A DNA stretch of 35,599 nt from positions 1 through 35,599 of the IMG/VR virus record IMGVR_UViG_3300022670_000305; one strand, written 5' to 3'. Numbering within the stretch: the stretch's first letter is position 1; the number at the start of each line of letters is the position of its first letter. Under the pieces are notes generated by a model that ran no database searches, was not told the DNA's origin, and worked only from the letters and a program-made list of their open reading frames with translations. This stretch comes from a virus. Its lineage: Duplodnaviria > Caudoviricetes. Position numbers and translations under genes: made by a program. Positions 23,962 to 33,596 of this stretch are shown in pieces.

Positions 23962-25329
23962 ATGCTTAAAAAGCTTCATTTTTGCACTCACAAAGTAAAT
24001 AGAAAGCATATCAGACGTGAAAATAGAAAAGGCGTCGAGCATATTATTCTCACGTCTTTTACTTTGCCGCCTGACATTGTTATGAATAACGGCCTTTACC
24101 CTGCTGAAGAAATAGAAAAATCATTCTTATCATTGAACCGAACTCCGGTGACAGTTGAGCATCCTGAAATAGATGGAATGTTCGTTTCTGCTAATGATCC
24201 CGAAATAGACTTTGATTTCCGCTTTGGTGCATTCAATGAAAACGCCCGTAAATTACCTGATGGTCGTATTGCCTTAGATAAAGTAATCAATGTACAGAAG
24301 GCGCTTAAAACTGAAAAGGGTAAGCGTTTACTTGATCGAATTGAAGAGCTTGAAACAAATGAAAATGCTCGTCCAATGCACACAAGCGTTGGCGTTTTTG
24401 TTGACGTTGAAGAAGTCGAATTGCAAAAAAACGATAGAGGGCAGGAATTCACATGGATTGCCCGTGATATGATTTTTGATCATGATGCTATATTGCTTGA
24501 TAGTGTTGGCGCAAGTACGCCAGATCAAGGGACAGGGATCGGAATTAATAAAGAACAATTAAAAGTTAGTCAATTTATTGTCGCCTCTGAAGATGAAAGA
24601 GAAGTTAAAGCTGTCAATTATTTGACTAATGAGTTATCTTTTTCAGATATAGAACATTCTTTATGGCACGAGTTAAATAAAGGACTAGAAGAAAATTTTA
24701 GTTGGGTTGTTGCCGTATTTGACGATAGTTTCATCTTTAACACTAGTGAAGGCGAAATGTTCAGATCTAATTACACGGTTGACGAATTAGATAATGTAAG
24801 CATTCAGGATACACGTTTACCGGTAGAACGTGTTGTTGAATTTAAACCCATAAATACTACCGATACAAACGAGGATAGCGCTATGCGTGATTCAATCATT
24901 GCCGAACTTGCGAAGATGGGAATAACGGTTAATACCGAAATTTCTGATTCTGAGCTAATGGCGAAATATAACGAAGCTGTGATCGCCAATGTAAAAGGTG
25001 ATGAAAGCACGGGTGGTGACGAAGGACTTGCTGAAATTGTTGCTAACGCAGTAAAAGAAGCAAACAAACCTTTAACCGACAAAATTAGCAACTTAGAAAA
25101 GCAATTAACTGATAATTCTAACGATGAATTAGAAGAGCTTGCACAATTTGTTGTTAGTACTAAAAAACGTACTGAATTTGAACTTGACGAATTAAAAGCG
25201 TTAGGCATTAATGCAGTCCGTAAAATTGCTGCTAATTGCGGTTTCTCTTCGAGTGTTGGTAATACAATGCACCTTAACAATACTGAGTCTGATATATTCA
25301 AAACGAATATTGATGATTTACCTGAATAG
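23962..25329 (+). CDS. Head maturation protease/scaffold (DUF2213-like)
   Basis: VMNNGLYP, EHP, HTSVG, FDHDAILL; acidic helical C-terminus. Confidence 0.85.
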   Translation: MLKKLHFCTHKVNRKHIRRENRKGVEHIILTSFTLPPDIVMNNGLYPAEEIEKSFLSLNRTPVTVEHPEIDGMFVSANDPEIDFDFRFGAFNENARKLPDGRIALDKVINVQKALKTEKGKRLLDRIEELETNENARPMHTSVGVFVDVEEVELQKNDRGQEFTWIARDMIFDHDAILLDSVGASTPDQGTGIGINKEQLKVSQFIVASEDEREVKAVNYLTNELSFSDIEHSLWHELNKGLEENFSWVVAVFDDSFIFNTSEGEMFRSNYTVDELDNVSIQDTRLPVERVVEFKPINTTDTNEDSAMRDSIIAELAKMGITVNTEISDSELMAKYNEAVIANVKGDESTGGDEGLAEIVANAVKEANKPLTDKISNLEKQLTDNSNDELEELAQFVVSTKKRTEFELDELKALGINAVRKIAANCGFSSSVGNTMHLNNTESDIFKTNIDDLPE

Positions 25330-25341
25330 GAGTAGACGAAA

Positions 25342-25812
25342 ATGGCTACTAAAGGTAAACGTAATATTTATGTTGGCCCAGCTGATCACGGTCACGCCGG
25401 AAAGCCTCTGAATGTAGAGGGCAAAGCTTTAGGTGTTGTTCGTCCTGGTGCTTTACTTGTTGAGGCGGCAACTGGTTTAGATGAAAGCGCACAATCTGCA
25501 ACATTATTTGGTGCCTCTCGTTTGTGGGCTGATAAAGACCAACAACGAACCAAAACCGTTGATGATGATTGGGTTATCAATGAAAACATGGTTGCTATTC
25601 AAGCGCGTTCAGGTGAATTCCTCAATGTTCTTGTTGCTACTGGTCAAGCAATCACTAAAAGACGCACACCATTAAGTTCTAATGGTGATGGGACGTTAAA
25701 AATCGCTGTTACTCCTGCAACTGTAGGTGCAACAAGTACAGAGATTTTAGCGTATTCTGATGAAATCGTAACAACTACAGGCGTTCAGCTTGTTACTGTT
25801 ATCATAGCTTAG
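25342..25812 (+). CDS. Head decoration/cement protein
   Basis: Between scaffold and capsid; PG.L...LSSNGDGTLK. Confidence 0.75.
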   Translation: MATKGKRNIYVGPADHGHAGKPLNVEGKALGVVRPGALLVEAATGLDESAQSATLFGASRLWADKDQQRTKTVDDDWVINENMVAIQARSGEFLNVLVATGQAITKRRTPLSSNGDGTLKIAVTPATVGATSTEILAYSDEIVTTTGVQLVTVIIA

Positions 25813-25822
25813 GAGGCTTATC

Positions 25823-26899
25823 ATGATTTTTAACAAATCTCTAGTTGCGAATAACCTTCGCGCAGAAAAACAGATAAGAGAGCGTGACGCTATCCGAAGC
25901 TGTTTTAATATGAATGAATCTCGTTTTGCTGCTGAAATGAAAGTTCACGGCTTAAAAGCTAATGCCGGGCAAATTCCTGCTGATGTATTTCGTGAATTCG
26001 ATAATGTAACAGTTGAACGCATGAAGTTAGATGAGGGTGATGCTTTCTTAAATATGTTGATGCCAATGTCGCGTTCTTTGCCTATCGGTAAGTTGACGTT
26101 TGAAAATCGCCGCGCTTCTGATGCTGGCAATGTTCAAACTTCAATGACCGGTCAAATCGGCGTTAAGTTTGATAGCGTTGATTTTAGCATTGATGGAACA
26201 ATCATCCCCGTACATGACAACGGTTATTCTCGAAATTGGCGTGAATTCTCAGCCGGTCAATCAGAAGGGTTTGATGCTTTGATTGATGATCAACGTGAAA
26301 ACGTTTCAGCACATCGTAATCATTTAGCTGATACGTTCCTTGATGGTCATCTTGACAAGAACGGTCAATTTATTGTTGTTGACACTCGACAATGGCAAGG
26401 TATGCGCAATGATTCGCGTGTTGCTCAAATCGATCTAGGTGCAGGGGGTGTAAACTTTGATTTCACCGATAACACCAAAACAGGCGTAGAAATTAAGGCG
26501 GCATTTATTGCAGTTCGCGACATCATGCGATTAACTAATAAATGTAACGTTGATCTTGAGTATCTTGTTTCTACTGAAATCGCGTCAAACTTTGAGCGTA
26601 AATTCAGCACTAACTATGATGCACCAACCATTGATCAAGAACTTGCTAAATTACGTGGTGTTTCTGCCATTACAGAGTCTAGTAAATTAGGTTCTGCCGC
26701 TGCTACTGCCGGTAATGAAATGATGGCCTTTCCTATGAACGGCTTGGTTCGTCCATTAGTAGGTATGGGTGTTTCTACCATTGCTCAACCTAGACAAATT
26801 TATAATGCAAATTATGATTTTGTTGTAGCATCCGCGATCGGTTGGGAAGTTCGGACTGATTTCTTTAACAATACCTGTGCAATGAGCGCTAAGGATTAA
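25823..26899 (+). CDS. Major capsid protein
   Basis: 358 aa, position, PIGK...SMTGQ...IPVHDNGY...WRE. Confidence 0.9.
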   Translation: MIFNKSLVANNLRAEKQIRERDAIRSCFNMNESRFAAEMKVHGLKANAGQIPADVFREFDNVTVERMKLDEGDAFLNMLMPMSRSLPIGKLTFENRRASDAGNVQTSMTGQIGVKFDSVDFSIDGTIIPVHDNGYSRNWREFSAGQSEGFDALIDDQRENVSAHRNHLADTFLDGHLDKNGQFIVVDTRQWQGMRNDSRVAQIDLGAGGVNFDFTDNTKTGVEIKAAFIAVRDIMRLTNKCNVDLEYLVSTEIASNFERKFSTNYDAPTIDQELAKLRGVSAITESSKLGSAAATAGNEMMAFPMNGLVRPLVGMGVSTIAQPRQIYNANYDFVVASAIGWEVRTDFFNNTCAMSAKD

Positions 26900-26901
26900 T
26901 C

Positions 26902-27096
26902 ATGGTTAAGAAAACGTTTATAGTTACCCATCCAAAGCTTTATATGATGGTTAAGGGTAAGCTTGCGCATGTTGAAAAAGGAACTGAATTGTCAATGGAC
27001 GAAAAACATGCTCAAAGCCTAATTGATCAAGGCAAAGTTTTAGTTAAAGGGCAAGGAAAGAAAGTCGATGTTGGTTCTGAAGAACAAGATAAATAA
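26902..27096 (+). CDS. Small head-associated hypothetical protein
   Basis: Directly follows the capsid gene. Confidence 0.7.
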   Translation: MVKKTFIVTHPKLYMMVKGKLAHVEKGTELSMDEKHAQSLIDQGKVLVKGQGKKVDVGSEEQDK

Positions 27097-27111
27097 CATC
27101 TAACTTTCATT

Positions 27112-27159
27112 AGAGTTAATATCAAGCGCATTCAATGAGTGTGCTTTATTATCAATTCT
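27112..27159 (+). other. Long imperfect hairpin after the capsid genes (processing or termination)
   Basis: AAGCGCATTC-AAT-GAGTGTGCTT with AGAGTT/AATTCT outer stem. Confidence 0.5.
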
Positions 27160-27171
27160 TAAGGTGCCCTA

Positions 27172-27609
27172 ATGGCTGCAACATTACCAAGTATTATAGT
27201 AACTGCCGAAACTTGGATCGATGTTTATCGCTTGGTGGAAATTGATGCAGGGGCAGAAATAGAAATACAAAATACAGGAACAACAGATCTTTATTTTTCA
27301 ATAGCAACTGATGAACCAGCGAGAGATAGCACGAGTTATAAAATATTTAAACGCGCTGAAACTATAACATTAGATGATGGTGATGTTAATGTGTGGTTGT
27401 TCAGTCCTCAAGCTGACGGATTTATAAATGTCAGCTTATTTCAGTCTACTATCGAAGGTTTATTAAAAACACTAATTGACGTAAACAGAAAAATATTAAG
27501 TCAATCATACGAGCAAAACAAATCTATTTTGTCTCAACTAAAACTGTTGAATGCCAGATTTGAAGAAATGGCCAACACTCGAATTAACGAAAATGATATA
27601 GGTAAATAA
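27172..27609 (+). CDS. Putative virion accessory protein (beta domain plus coiled coil)
   Basis: IEIQNTG.TDLY; located in the structural operon. Confidence 0.7.
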   Translation: MAATLPSIIVTAETWIDVYRLVEIDAGAEIEIQNTGTTDLYFSIATDEPARDSTSYKIFKRAETITLDDGDVNVWLFSPQADGFINVSLFQSTIEGLLKTLIDVNRKILSQSYEQNKSILSQLKLLNARFEEMANTRINENDIGK

Positions 27610-27610
27610 A

Positions 27611-28198
27611 ATGGCTGAAATTGTAGGCGGAAACAATCCAAGAAACGCTGTTCATGTTGACGATGAAGGGAAAATCCAAGCTAGAGCTGTCAGTATCAGC
27701 GAACAATCATCAAAAAGCCTATCTGGTGATACTTATAACATTAACACAGGGGAATTAATCTTAACCAATGATACAAGAACGCCTTTATTTACAATAAAGA
27801 ATGTAGGCGAAGAAAAGCCAATGGTTATAACTAGGTTTTTTGTTACGTTCTTACCGAGTAGTGGTGGGTCTGGATCTGTACATGCGTCCGTTGAAAGTAG
27901 CGTTAGTGGTGGAACTCTATTAGCTGAAGAAACATCACCTTTAATGAACTTTAATTTTGGCTCTAGCAAGGTTCCTGCTGCTGAGCTTAGAATAGGAGCT
28001 ACAGGTTTAACCGCAACAGGCGGAATTCTTAGCTTAGAATTTTTATTTACTGGTGATAATCAAAGGCATCTAATAAGCTTTGACGCTATTATTTTGCCCC
28101 GAGGCGCTTCTGCTACATTCTTTTTAACAGCCCCTCCCGGCAATACAAGCATGATTGTTGAGGCTGGCGCTAATATTTATATTGACGGTGATTTTTAA
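27611..28198 (+). CDS. Putative virion accessory protein, beta-rich
   Basis: N.NFGS...IILPRGAS pattern. Confidence 0.7.
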   Translation: MAEIVGGNNPRNAVHVDDEGKIQARAVSISEQSSKSLSGDTYNINTGELILTNDTRTPLFTIKNVGEEKPMVITRFFVTFLPSSGGSGSVHASVESSVSGGTLLAEETSPLMNFNFGSSKVPAAELRIGATGLTATGGILSLEFLFTGDNQRHLISFDAIILPRGASATFFLTAPPGNTSMIVEAGANIYIDGDF

Positions 28199-28830
28199 TG
28201 ACTCTTGAAGTTAAAATAACTGGAGATAATTCTGGATTTGCGGAAATTCAGGATAAAGCACTTTTAACTTCTATAATACCCTACCCACCTTTAGATGTAG
28301 CTAATAAGATTATTCCATTCATAGGTTCGTTAACTGTTGGTGGTGATGGCGTTACATCTGATTTAACCGTTGATGGCAGTGTTACCCCTGTAGATGCTTT
28401 TATTGGACCTCCTGTATTTGGAGATTTATATTTAACAACCGCTAATGTTTTGATCGCCGACACTGGCGCTTTATCATTAAATAGGTTCGGATCAATTAAC
28501 GGTGGGTTAGCTAATGGCATTGGTTTTTTTATTGAAACAGAAAATGAAAGGTTAAATCTTAGCGTATCACTTAAAACAAATTTTGATTTTATCCGTGTTG
28601 GAACTCTAACAGTTGGTACGGGTGGCAAAAGTGATGCTTACCAATTAGCATCAACAGACACTAGTAACAATGATGGTTATAATCCCGTGTTAGATTTCAC
28701 GAAAGTTTCACCTGTTGGCATTAGATTAAGAGCAGATACTCAAGATAAATTAGGTATTCTTATAAGTGATGATATATCTGGTGTCGCTACATTTAACATT
28801 ATTATCAACGGATTTATTAGGATTTCATAA
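28198..28830 (+). CDS. Putative virion accessory protein
   Basis: VDGSVTPV.AF...FG....L.NG...IRL pattern. Confidence 0.7.
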   Translation: MTLEVKITGDNSGFAEIQDKALLTSIIPYPPLDVANKIIPFIGSLTVGGDGVTSDLTVDGSVTPVDAFIGPPVFGDLYLTTANVLIADTGALSLNRFGSINGGLANGIGFFIETENERLNLSVSLKTNFDFIRVGTLTVGTGGKSDAYQLASTDTSNNDGYNPVLDFTKVSPVGIRLRADTQDKLGILISDDISGVATFNIIINGFIRIS

Positions 28831-28832
28831 AA

Positions 28833-29201
28833 ATGAGTAGAGTAACGCCAGCAGAAGTTAAAGAAATTATAGCAACAAACCTATTGGATCCCGTCATTCA
28901 AATTTGGATTGATGGCGCTAACACTATTGTTACTGAAAATTCAGAATGTATTGGTGGAGTTGAAGCCGTATTAACACAAGTTGAATTATATTTATCGGCT
29001 CATTTTGTCGGTATGTTAGATCCTGCAATACGTGGTTTTGTCACTAAAGAAAAGTTAGATATTTTCGAAACTACTTATTCTAATCCAGTAACACTAGCAA
29101 ATAACATTGATAACACGACATACGGCACAACAGCAAACATGTTATCAAAAGGCTGTTTAGCTAATACTTCTGATAGATCCATTAGTTTGTTTAGCGTTTA
29201 A
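28833..29201 (+). CDS. Head-tail adaptor
   Basis: RVTPAEVKEI...ELYLSAHF...TTYG..A..L. Confidence 0.8.
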   Translation: MSRVTPAEVKEIIATNLLDPVIQIWIDGANTIVTENSECIGGVEAVLTQVELYLSAHFVGMLDPAIRGFVTKEKLDIFETTYSNPVTLANNIDNTTYGTTANMLSKGCLANTSDRSISLFSV

Positions 29202-29210
29202 GGTGGCTAT

Positions 29211-29576
29211 ATGTCTTTTAATTACAGTGAAGCAAGATCTAGAGCAGAAAAAATAATAACTAAATTTGGCAGTGCTGGAATTGTAATTTTAAAAGGTTCT
29301 TCAGGTGGGTTTGATGATAATGGTGATGCTACACCAGATACACCAGATACAACAATAAATGGAATTATAACGCCACTGGTTAAATATAAAACCTCTGAAA
29401 TAGATGATAAATCAATACAAAATGGTGATGCTTGGGTTTTCTTTCATAGTGATAGTGATATCACAATAAACATGCAAACCACTGTTAACAGCAAAACTTT
29501 TAGAGTAGTAGATGTTATTAAGTTATCATCAGTTGACGATATTAATATTTATACAAGATTACAGTTGAGGATCTAA
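29211..29576 (+). CDS. Head closure protein
   Basis: A.KIITKFG...EIDD.SIQ.GD...Y..QLR. Confidence 0.8.
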   Translation: MSFNYSEARSRAEKIITKFGSAGIVILKGSSGGFDDNGDATPDTPDTTINGIITPLVKYKTSEIDDKSIQNGDAWVFFHSDSDITINMQTTVNSKTFRVVDVIKLSSVDDINIYTRLQLRI

Positions 29577-29578
29577 CC

Positions 29579-29968
29579 ATGTCTAGTCAATGGGATAATA
29601 TCTCTACTCAGAATAAAAAAAAGATGCTTGGCGCTGTAAAACGAGTTGTTAAAAGTATCGGTAAAGATATAATTAAAAGATCCCCTGTTGACACTGGAAA
29701 ATTTAAGGCTAATTGGAACGCAGCATTAAATGCGCCTGATTTGTCAATTGATAGACAGTCAGGTGCAGGATTAACGGAAGTAGCCAATAGAATAAAGATT
29801 GGTGATGCTTTCTTTTTTACTAATAATCTTGCTTATGCTTTACGTTTGGAGTTCGGGCATTCAGATCAAGCGCCGAATGGAATGGTTAGATTAGCTGTTG
29901 CCAAGTTTCCTTTTACAGTAAATAAAATTGCAGCTGAATTTATATCGAGGCCAGTAATAAATGATTAA
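29579..29968 (+). CDS. HK97 gp10-like tail completion protein
   Basis: SPVDTGKFKANW...NNLAYA.RLEFGHSDQAP.GMVR. Confidence 0.9.
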   Translation: MSSQWDNISTQNKKKMLGAVKRVVKSIGKDIIKRSPVDTGKFKANWNAALNAPDLSIDRQSGAGLTEVANRIKIGDAFFFTNNLAYALRLEFGHSDQAPNGMVRLAVAKFPFTVNKIAAEFISRPVIND

Positions 29969-30371
29969 TGTATTTGATTTAGCTAAGGCGTTAAGGAATG
30001 AAGCTAAAATTGTTACTGATGCTAACAGTTTTACTTTAGTCGGTAACGGTGAAGGTTTTGAACCTGATGTTAATCAATCACACATTGAAGAAATTGTTTT
30101 ATATGGTGATGATGATAGCGTTGGACTTGGCAATGACTCAAGTGATATCCAAATAGGGATTTATCAATTATCCGTTCATTCACCAAAAAATGACACCAAA
30201 TGGGCTGGATTAAAAATCGTTGGTGTTTTAAAAGATCACTTTGTAAGAGGTTTAAAACCCATATTTAATAGTCAAATGGTAGTTATAGAAACTTCCTCGT
30301 TGGCTCCTATGATGCAGAACGATACCCACATCATTCATCATCTAAGTATCGAATTTAGCGTTATAAACTAA
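29961..30371 (+). CDS. Tail terminator (DUF4128-like)
   Basis: GIYQLSV..PK...HF..G; position. Confidence 0.8.
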   Translation: MINVFDLAKALRNEAKIVTDANSFTLVGNGEGFEPDVNQSHIEEIVLYGDDDSVGLGNDSSDIQIGIYQLSVHSPKNDTKWAGLKIVGVLKDHFVRGLKPIFNSQMVVIETSSLAPMMQNDTHIIHHLSIEFSVIN

Positions 30372-30429
30372 ATATGATATTATGAGTACGGATGATAATT
30401 TTAACTAGTTAATTTAAGGTAATATAATT

Positions 30430-30876
30430 ATGACAGTCCAAACTTCCACAGGCGTTTTGTTCGCGATTGTCGCGGCATCCCCTGCCACCATAGACGCGGC
30501 CGGATTCGGTGCGTTAACATATGAAAATGTCGGTGAAGTAACCGATGTTCCAGAAATAGGCGCTGATGTTTCAGTGGTTACACATATGCCATTGGCAACA
30601 GGTATTGTTGAAAAATTCAAAGGGTTTAAGAATTTCGGTTCTTTCGCTTTAGGTTTTGGCGATGATATAACTGATGCCGGGCAACTTGTTTTAGAATCTG
30701 GTGCTACAGGTGCAAATGAAAATGTACAACATAGCGCGAGAGTAACCTTGCAAGATGGAACATTTATTTACTTTACTAATAAAATTTTCTCTTTCAAGAT
30801 TAATCCGGGTTCAGCTGATTCTATTGTTGCTGCAACAACTTCAATAGAAATTGAATCTAAATTAGTGAGGGTATAA
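30430..30876 (+). CDS. Major tail tube protein
   Basis: VGEVTDVPEIG...KFKG..NFG...DAGQ..L. Confidence 0.9.
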   Translation: MTVQTSTGVLFAIVAASPATIDAAGFGALTYENVGEVTDVPEIGADVSVVTHMPLATGIVEKFKGFKNFGSFALGFGDDITDAGQLVLESGATGANENVQHSARVTLQDGTFIYFTNKIFSFKINPGSADSIVAATTSIEIESKLVRV

Positions 30877-30878
30877 TC

Positions 30879-31226
30879 ATGGCTGTTATTACTCCTAGTT
30901 CGATCACGGGTTCAGGACAAAAAGCGGTTACTGTTACGGTTTTAGGTGCTTCTGATACCTTTGTATATAATTCATCCGCGAAAGCGGTTTTATACCTTAA
31001 TAACGTTACAGGTGGAGCATTAACTCCTCTAATTGATGGTGATGGTGCGGTTGATGTTCCTTGCGCTGGTATTTTAGACGTTGTTACTTCTGCTGGATTA
31101 ACATTAACATCAATAGGTGCTGGTGATACTGTTGCTATTCCTCTTGATAGTATCAATGCTTATCTAAGGGGCGTTATAACTATTACTGGTGGTGATGCTA
31201 TTCAAGCATCATTATTAGAATTTTAA
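30879..31226 (+). CDS. Tail-associated hypothetical protein
   Basis: Beta-rich; co-transcribed with the tail tube gene. Confidence 0.7.
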   Translation: MAVITPSSITGSGQKAVTVTVLGASDTFVYNSSAKAVLYLNNVTGGALTPLIDGDGAVDVPCAGILDVVTSAGLTLTSIGAGDTVAIPLDSINAYLRGVITITGGDAIQASLLEF

Positions 31227-31246
31227 TAACATTAAGTGACATTGAT

Positions 31247-31274
31247 AAAAAGCCGCTTTAATCGCGGCTTTTTT
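31247..31274. terminator. Bidirectional intrinsic terminator
   Basis: AAAAAGCCGC-N7-GCGGCTTTTTT. Confidence 0.9.
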
Positions 31275-31281
31275 ATATCTA

Positions 31282-31641
31282 TTATTTTGATTGAAGACAT
31301 AACTTTATATATTTTAATTTAAACTGCATTATCGAATTTCTATATTTTTCCGTTTCTTCATCATGCTTTCTAATTTCATCAGCTCTGATGATACTATTTC
31401 TTGCATTAATGGCATTCGATAAATATTCAATACCGTTATAAGTTGGTGTTTCATAAGCATCAAGAACCATAGCTTGATCTTCTTTATACAATGGCAATAG
31501 TTTGAATACATCTTTTTGAGCTTGACGTTTTATCATTATTTCTTTTGCTAGTTCACCAACTTGTTTACACTTTTCATTATTGGCAAAAACGGAAAAGTTA
31601 ACGGTTATCAATAGTAGAATTAAATATTTCATGATCATCAT
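31282..31641 (-). CDS. Exported protein (moron 2)
   Basis: Signal peptide MKYLILLLITVNFSVFA; Cys near each end. Confidence 0.75.
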   Translation of the reverse strand: MMIMKYLILLLITVNFSVFANNEKCKQVGELAKEIMIKRQAQKDVFKLLPLYKEDQAMVLDAYETPTYNGIEYLSNAINARNSIIRADEIRKHDEETEKYRNSIMQFKLKYIKLCLQSK

Positions 31642-31692
31642 CCTTTTATTAGTTCCTATTCATTATAGATTAATTAATGTTACAATCAACTC

Positions 31693-31769
31693 GGCTAGAG
31701 TAACGTACTCGAAAAGGCGGCCTCATCCTCCGTCAGCCACCCAACTTTATGGATGAAATAATGCGAGGC
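31693..31769 (+). promoter_or_regulatory. Structured 5' leader with anti-RBS loop
   Basis: GGCT/AGCC closing GAGTA/TACTC and GGCGG/CCGTC hairpins; GCCTC and TCATCC are complementary to GAGGC (31765) and GGATGA (31751). Confidence 0.6.
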
Positions 31770-31776
31770 ATGAATT

Positions 31777-32229
31777 ATGGATTTATCTAATCTAAACGTA
31801 GTAGAAAAAGCGAATAAGGGATCAGTATTAGAATTAAAAAACCCTATGGATCACACAGATAAAAAAGGTGTTTTTCATGAGAAAGGTGATATTTTAACTG
31901 ATGAAGGTGAAAAGTGCGCTGATAATAAAAATATCAAGCCGCTTTACCTTCGTTTATTAGGATCTGATTCTAATGTTTATAGAACATCGATAAAACGACG
32001 TTTTGAACGCAGTCAAAATAAGAAAAATCAAAAGCTAGATCTTGATGATGTTCAACTTAAGGCAGCGGAACTTTTGGCTAAATGCACAACTGAATGCTAT
32101 TTAATTGAAGATGGCAAGGCCGTTGAATGCACTATAGCTGAAATGACTCGGCTATACATGAAGTACCCGTGGCTAAGAGAGCAAGCAGAAGAACATATGA
32201 GTGATCGCTCGGCTTTAATGGAGAGCTAA
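31777..32229 (+). CDS. Tail assembly chaperone (lambda G-like)
   Basis: MDLSNL...L.LLGSDS..Y...Y..YPWLREQ; between tail tube and tape measure. Confidence 0.85.
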   Translation: MDLSNLNVVEKANKGSVLELKNPMDHTDKKGVFHEKGDILTDEGEKCADNKNIKPLYLRLLGSDSNVYRTSIKRRFERSQNKKNQKLDLDDVQLKAAELLAKCTTECYLIEDGKAVECTIAEMTRLYMKYPWLREQAEEHMSDRSALMES

Positions 32230-32258
32230 GTTTAGAGCTTAGCCTTTATGCAAAACAA

Positions 32259-32672
32259 TTGGCGTGGCTACATGCGGCGCCAAAACGAAATAAGAAAGAT
32301 GAAAACCCTAAATCAAGATTGGAATTACTAAGTGAAGATGATCCAGCTAGGGAGCTGCCAGATATAAACCTTTATTTATCTATGTGTTTTGAACTGCTTG
32401 GTATATGTTCGAATACTGGAATGGGGTTAACTGCTTTAACTTGGTTTGATGTAAAATCATTTTGTGATCAATCTAGTTATCCATTGACTGGTTGGGAGTC
32501 GGAACAAATAGTTTTAATGAGTCGAGCATATTGTCGTATGTCTCATAAAGCTACAAAAGTTGGTTTTCCTTCCCCTTACAATTTAGCATTAGAAGATGAA
32601 GATGCTTTAGAAGTAAATAGATCTATAGTAAATGACAGGTTTTTATCAATGGTTAATGAAACATCAAAATAA
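32259..32672 (+). CDS. Tail assembly chaperone, second ORF (lambda T-like, probably reached by frameshift)
   Basis: AWLHA.P...GMG..ALTW.DV..F; frame is open back across the G stop in the -1 frame; poor independent start. Confidence 0.75.
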   Translation: MAWLHAAPKRNKKDENPKSRLELLSEDDPARELPDINLYLSMCFELLGICSNTGMGLTALTWFDVKSFCDQSSYPLTGWESEQIVLMSRAYCRMSHKATKVGFPSPYNLALEDEDALEVNRSIVNDRFLSMVNETSK

Positions 32673-32697
32673 AAGGGCTTAATTAAAGCCCTTTTTT
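32671..32697. terminator. Bidirectional intrinsic terminator
   Basis: AAAAGGGCTT-N6-AAGCCCTTTTTT. Confidence 0.9.
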
Positions 32698-32709
32698 ATT
32701 GATGAATAT

Positions 32710-32934
32710 TTATTTTTCATAGCGCGCCTCGTATGCTTTATCTAAAACAAAATTAAAAAAGTAAAGTAAAATAACCACTATTATCACTAGTCCTATTACT
32801 GTGCTTTCACCCTTTAAAAAACCAAACAAACCACCAATAAACTCAGATAATACAAACCAACCCCAAGCCAACACTGATAGTAAAGAAAATATTATCAAGT
32901 CTTTTACTAATCTATCAATTTTCATTTGATTCAC
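32710..32934 (-). CDS. Two-TM membrane protein (moron 3)
   Basis: Two hydrophobic segments. Confidence 0.7.
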   Translation of the reverse strand: MNQMKIDRLVKDLIIFSLLSVLAWGWFVLSEFIGGLFGFLKGESTVIGLVIIVVILLYFFNFVLDKAYEARYEK

Positions 32935-33226
32935 CGTTTATTTTATCTAGTAAGTTTATAGCTTTTTTATGGGCGCAATCTTTGCCGTGGGTATTTACCT
33001 GATCACAATAAGGACAATAATCTTTTGTACCAAAAAAACTACGACCCATTGTTTTATTGAATTCAAGTAATTCACTCAACGCTTCAACTAAAGCATCATG
33101 GTTGTTTACGGACTTGCATACTGCCGTTAATTCTTGATGATTAAAATCAACTGTTGTTGTTTTAAAAATCAGGTGTTCTTTCGGCATTGGCATTGGTAGA
33201 CCTTCAAACACTTCGGACATTTTCAT
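32915..33226 (-). CDS. Hypothetical protein with CPYC...H...C (moron 3)
   Basis: VNNHDALVEAL..LL pattern. Confidence 0.75.
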   Translation of the reverse strand: MKMSEVFEGLPMPMPKEHLIFKTTTVDFNHQELTAVCKSVNNHDALVEALSELLEFNKTMGRSFFGTKDYCPYCDQVNTHGKDCAHKKAINLLDKINGESNEN

Positions 33227-33540
33227 TTTATAGCATCCTTTAATATTGATTTATAAGCAGAGCATTTGTGATTAGCTACGGTAAGTTTATTTTGTAATCT
33301 TTTATTTTTAATCCGCAACTCGTTGTTAGAGTCATCTTGTGCAATTGCCGCTAACTTATGCGCTGAAATTTCCATTTTTAAATCTGTTATTGTCGAATTT
33401 AGGCGGTAAATGTTCAATGACAACTCTTCCATATGAACAATAGAATCATGACAAGCCTTAAATAATGATAAAGGCTCAACTTTAGAGCCAAAAAAATTAC
33501 GAACTTCTGTACTTAACTTTTCTGCAATATGATTATTCAT
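33223..33540 (-). CDS. Coiled-coil hypothetical protein (moron 3)
   Basis: ORF track; AAGGA RBS. Confidence 0.7.
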   Translation of the reverse strand: MNNHIAEKLSTEVRNFFGSKVEPLSLFKACHDSIVHMEELSLNIYRLNSTITDLKMEISAHKLAAIAQDDSNNELRIKNKRLQNKLTVANHKCSAYKSILKDAIK

Positions 33541-33596
33541 CGTTTTAAGTTCCTTTTGCCATTGGGTTTATTAAACTTGTTATACCAGCCGTTAAA

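Noticed and set aside
18418-31156. Many minus-strand ORFs inside structural genes (for example 24804..25301, 28281..28628)
   Set aside because: Antisense shadows of well-supported genes, without motifs.
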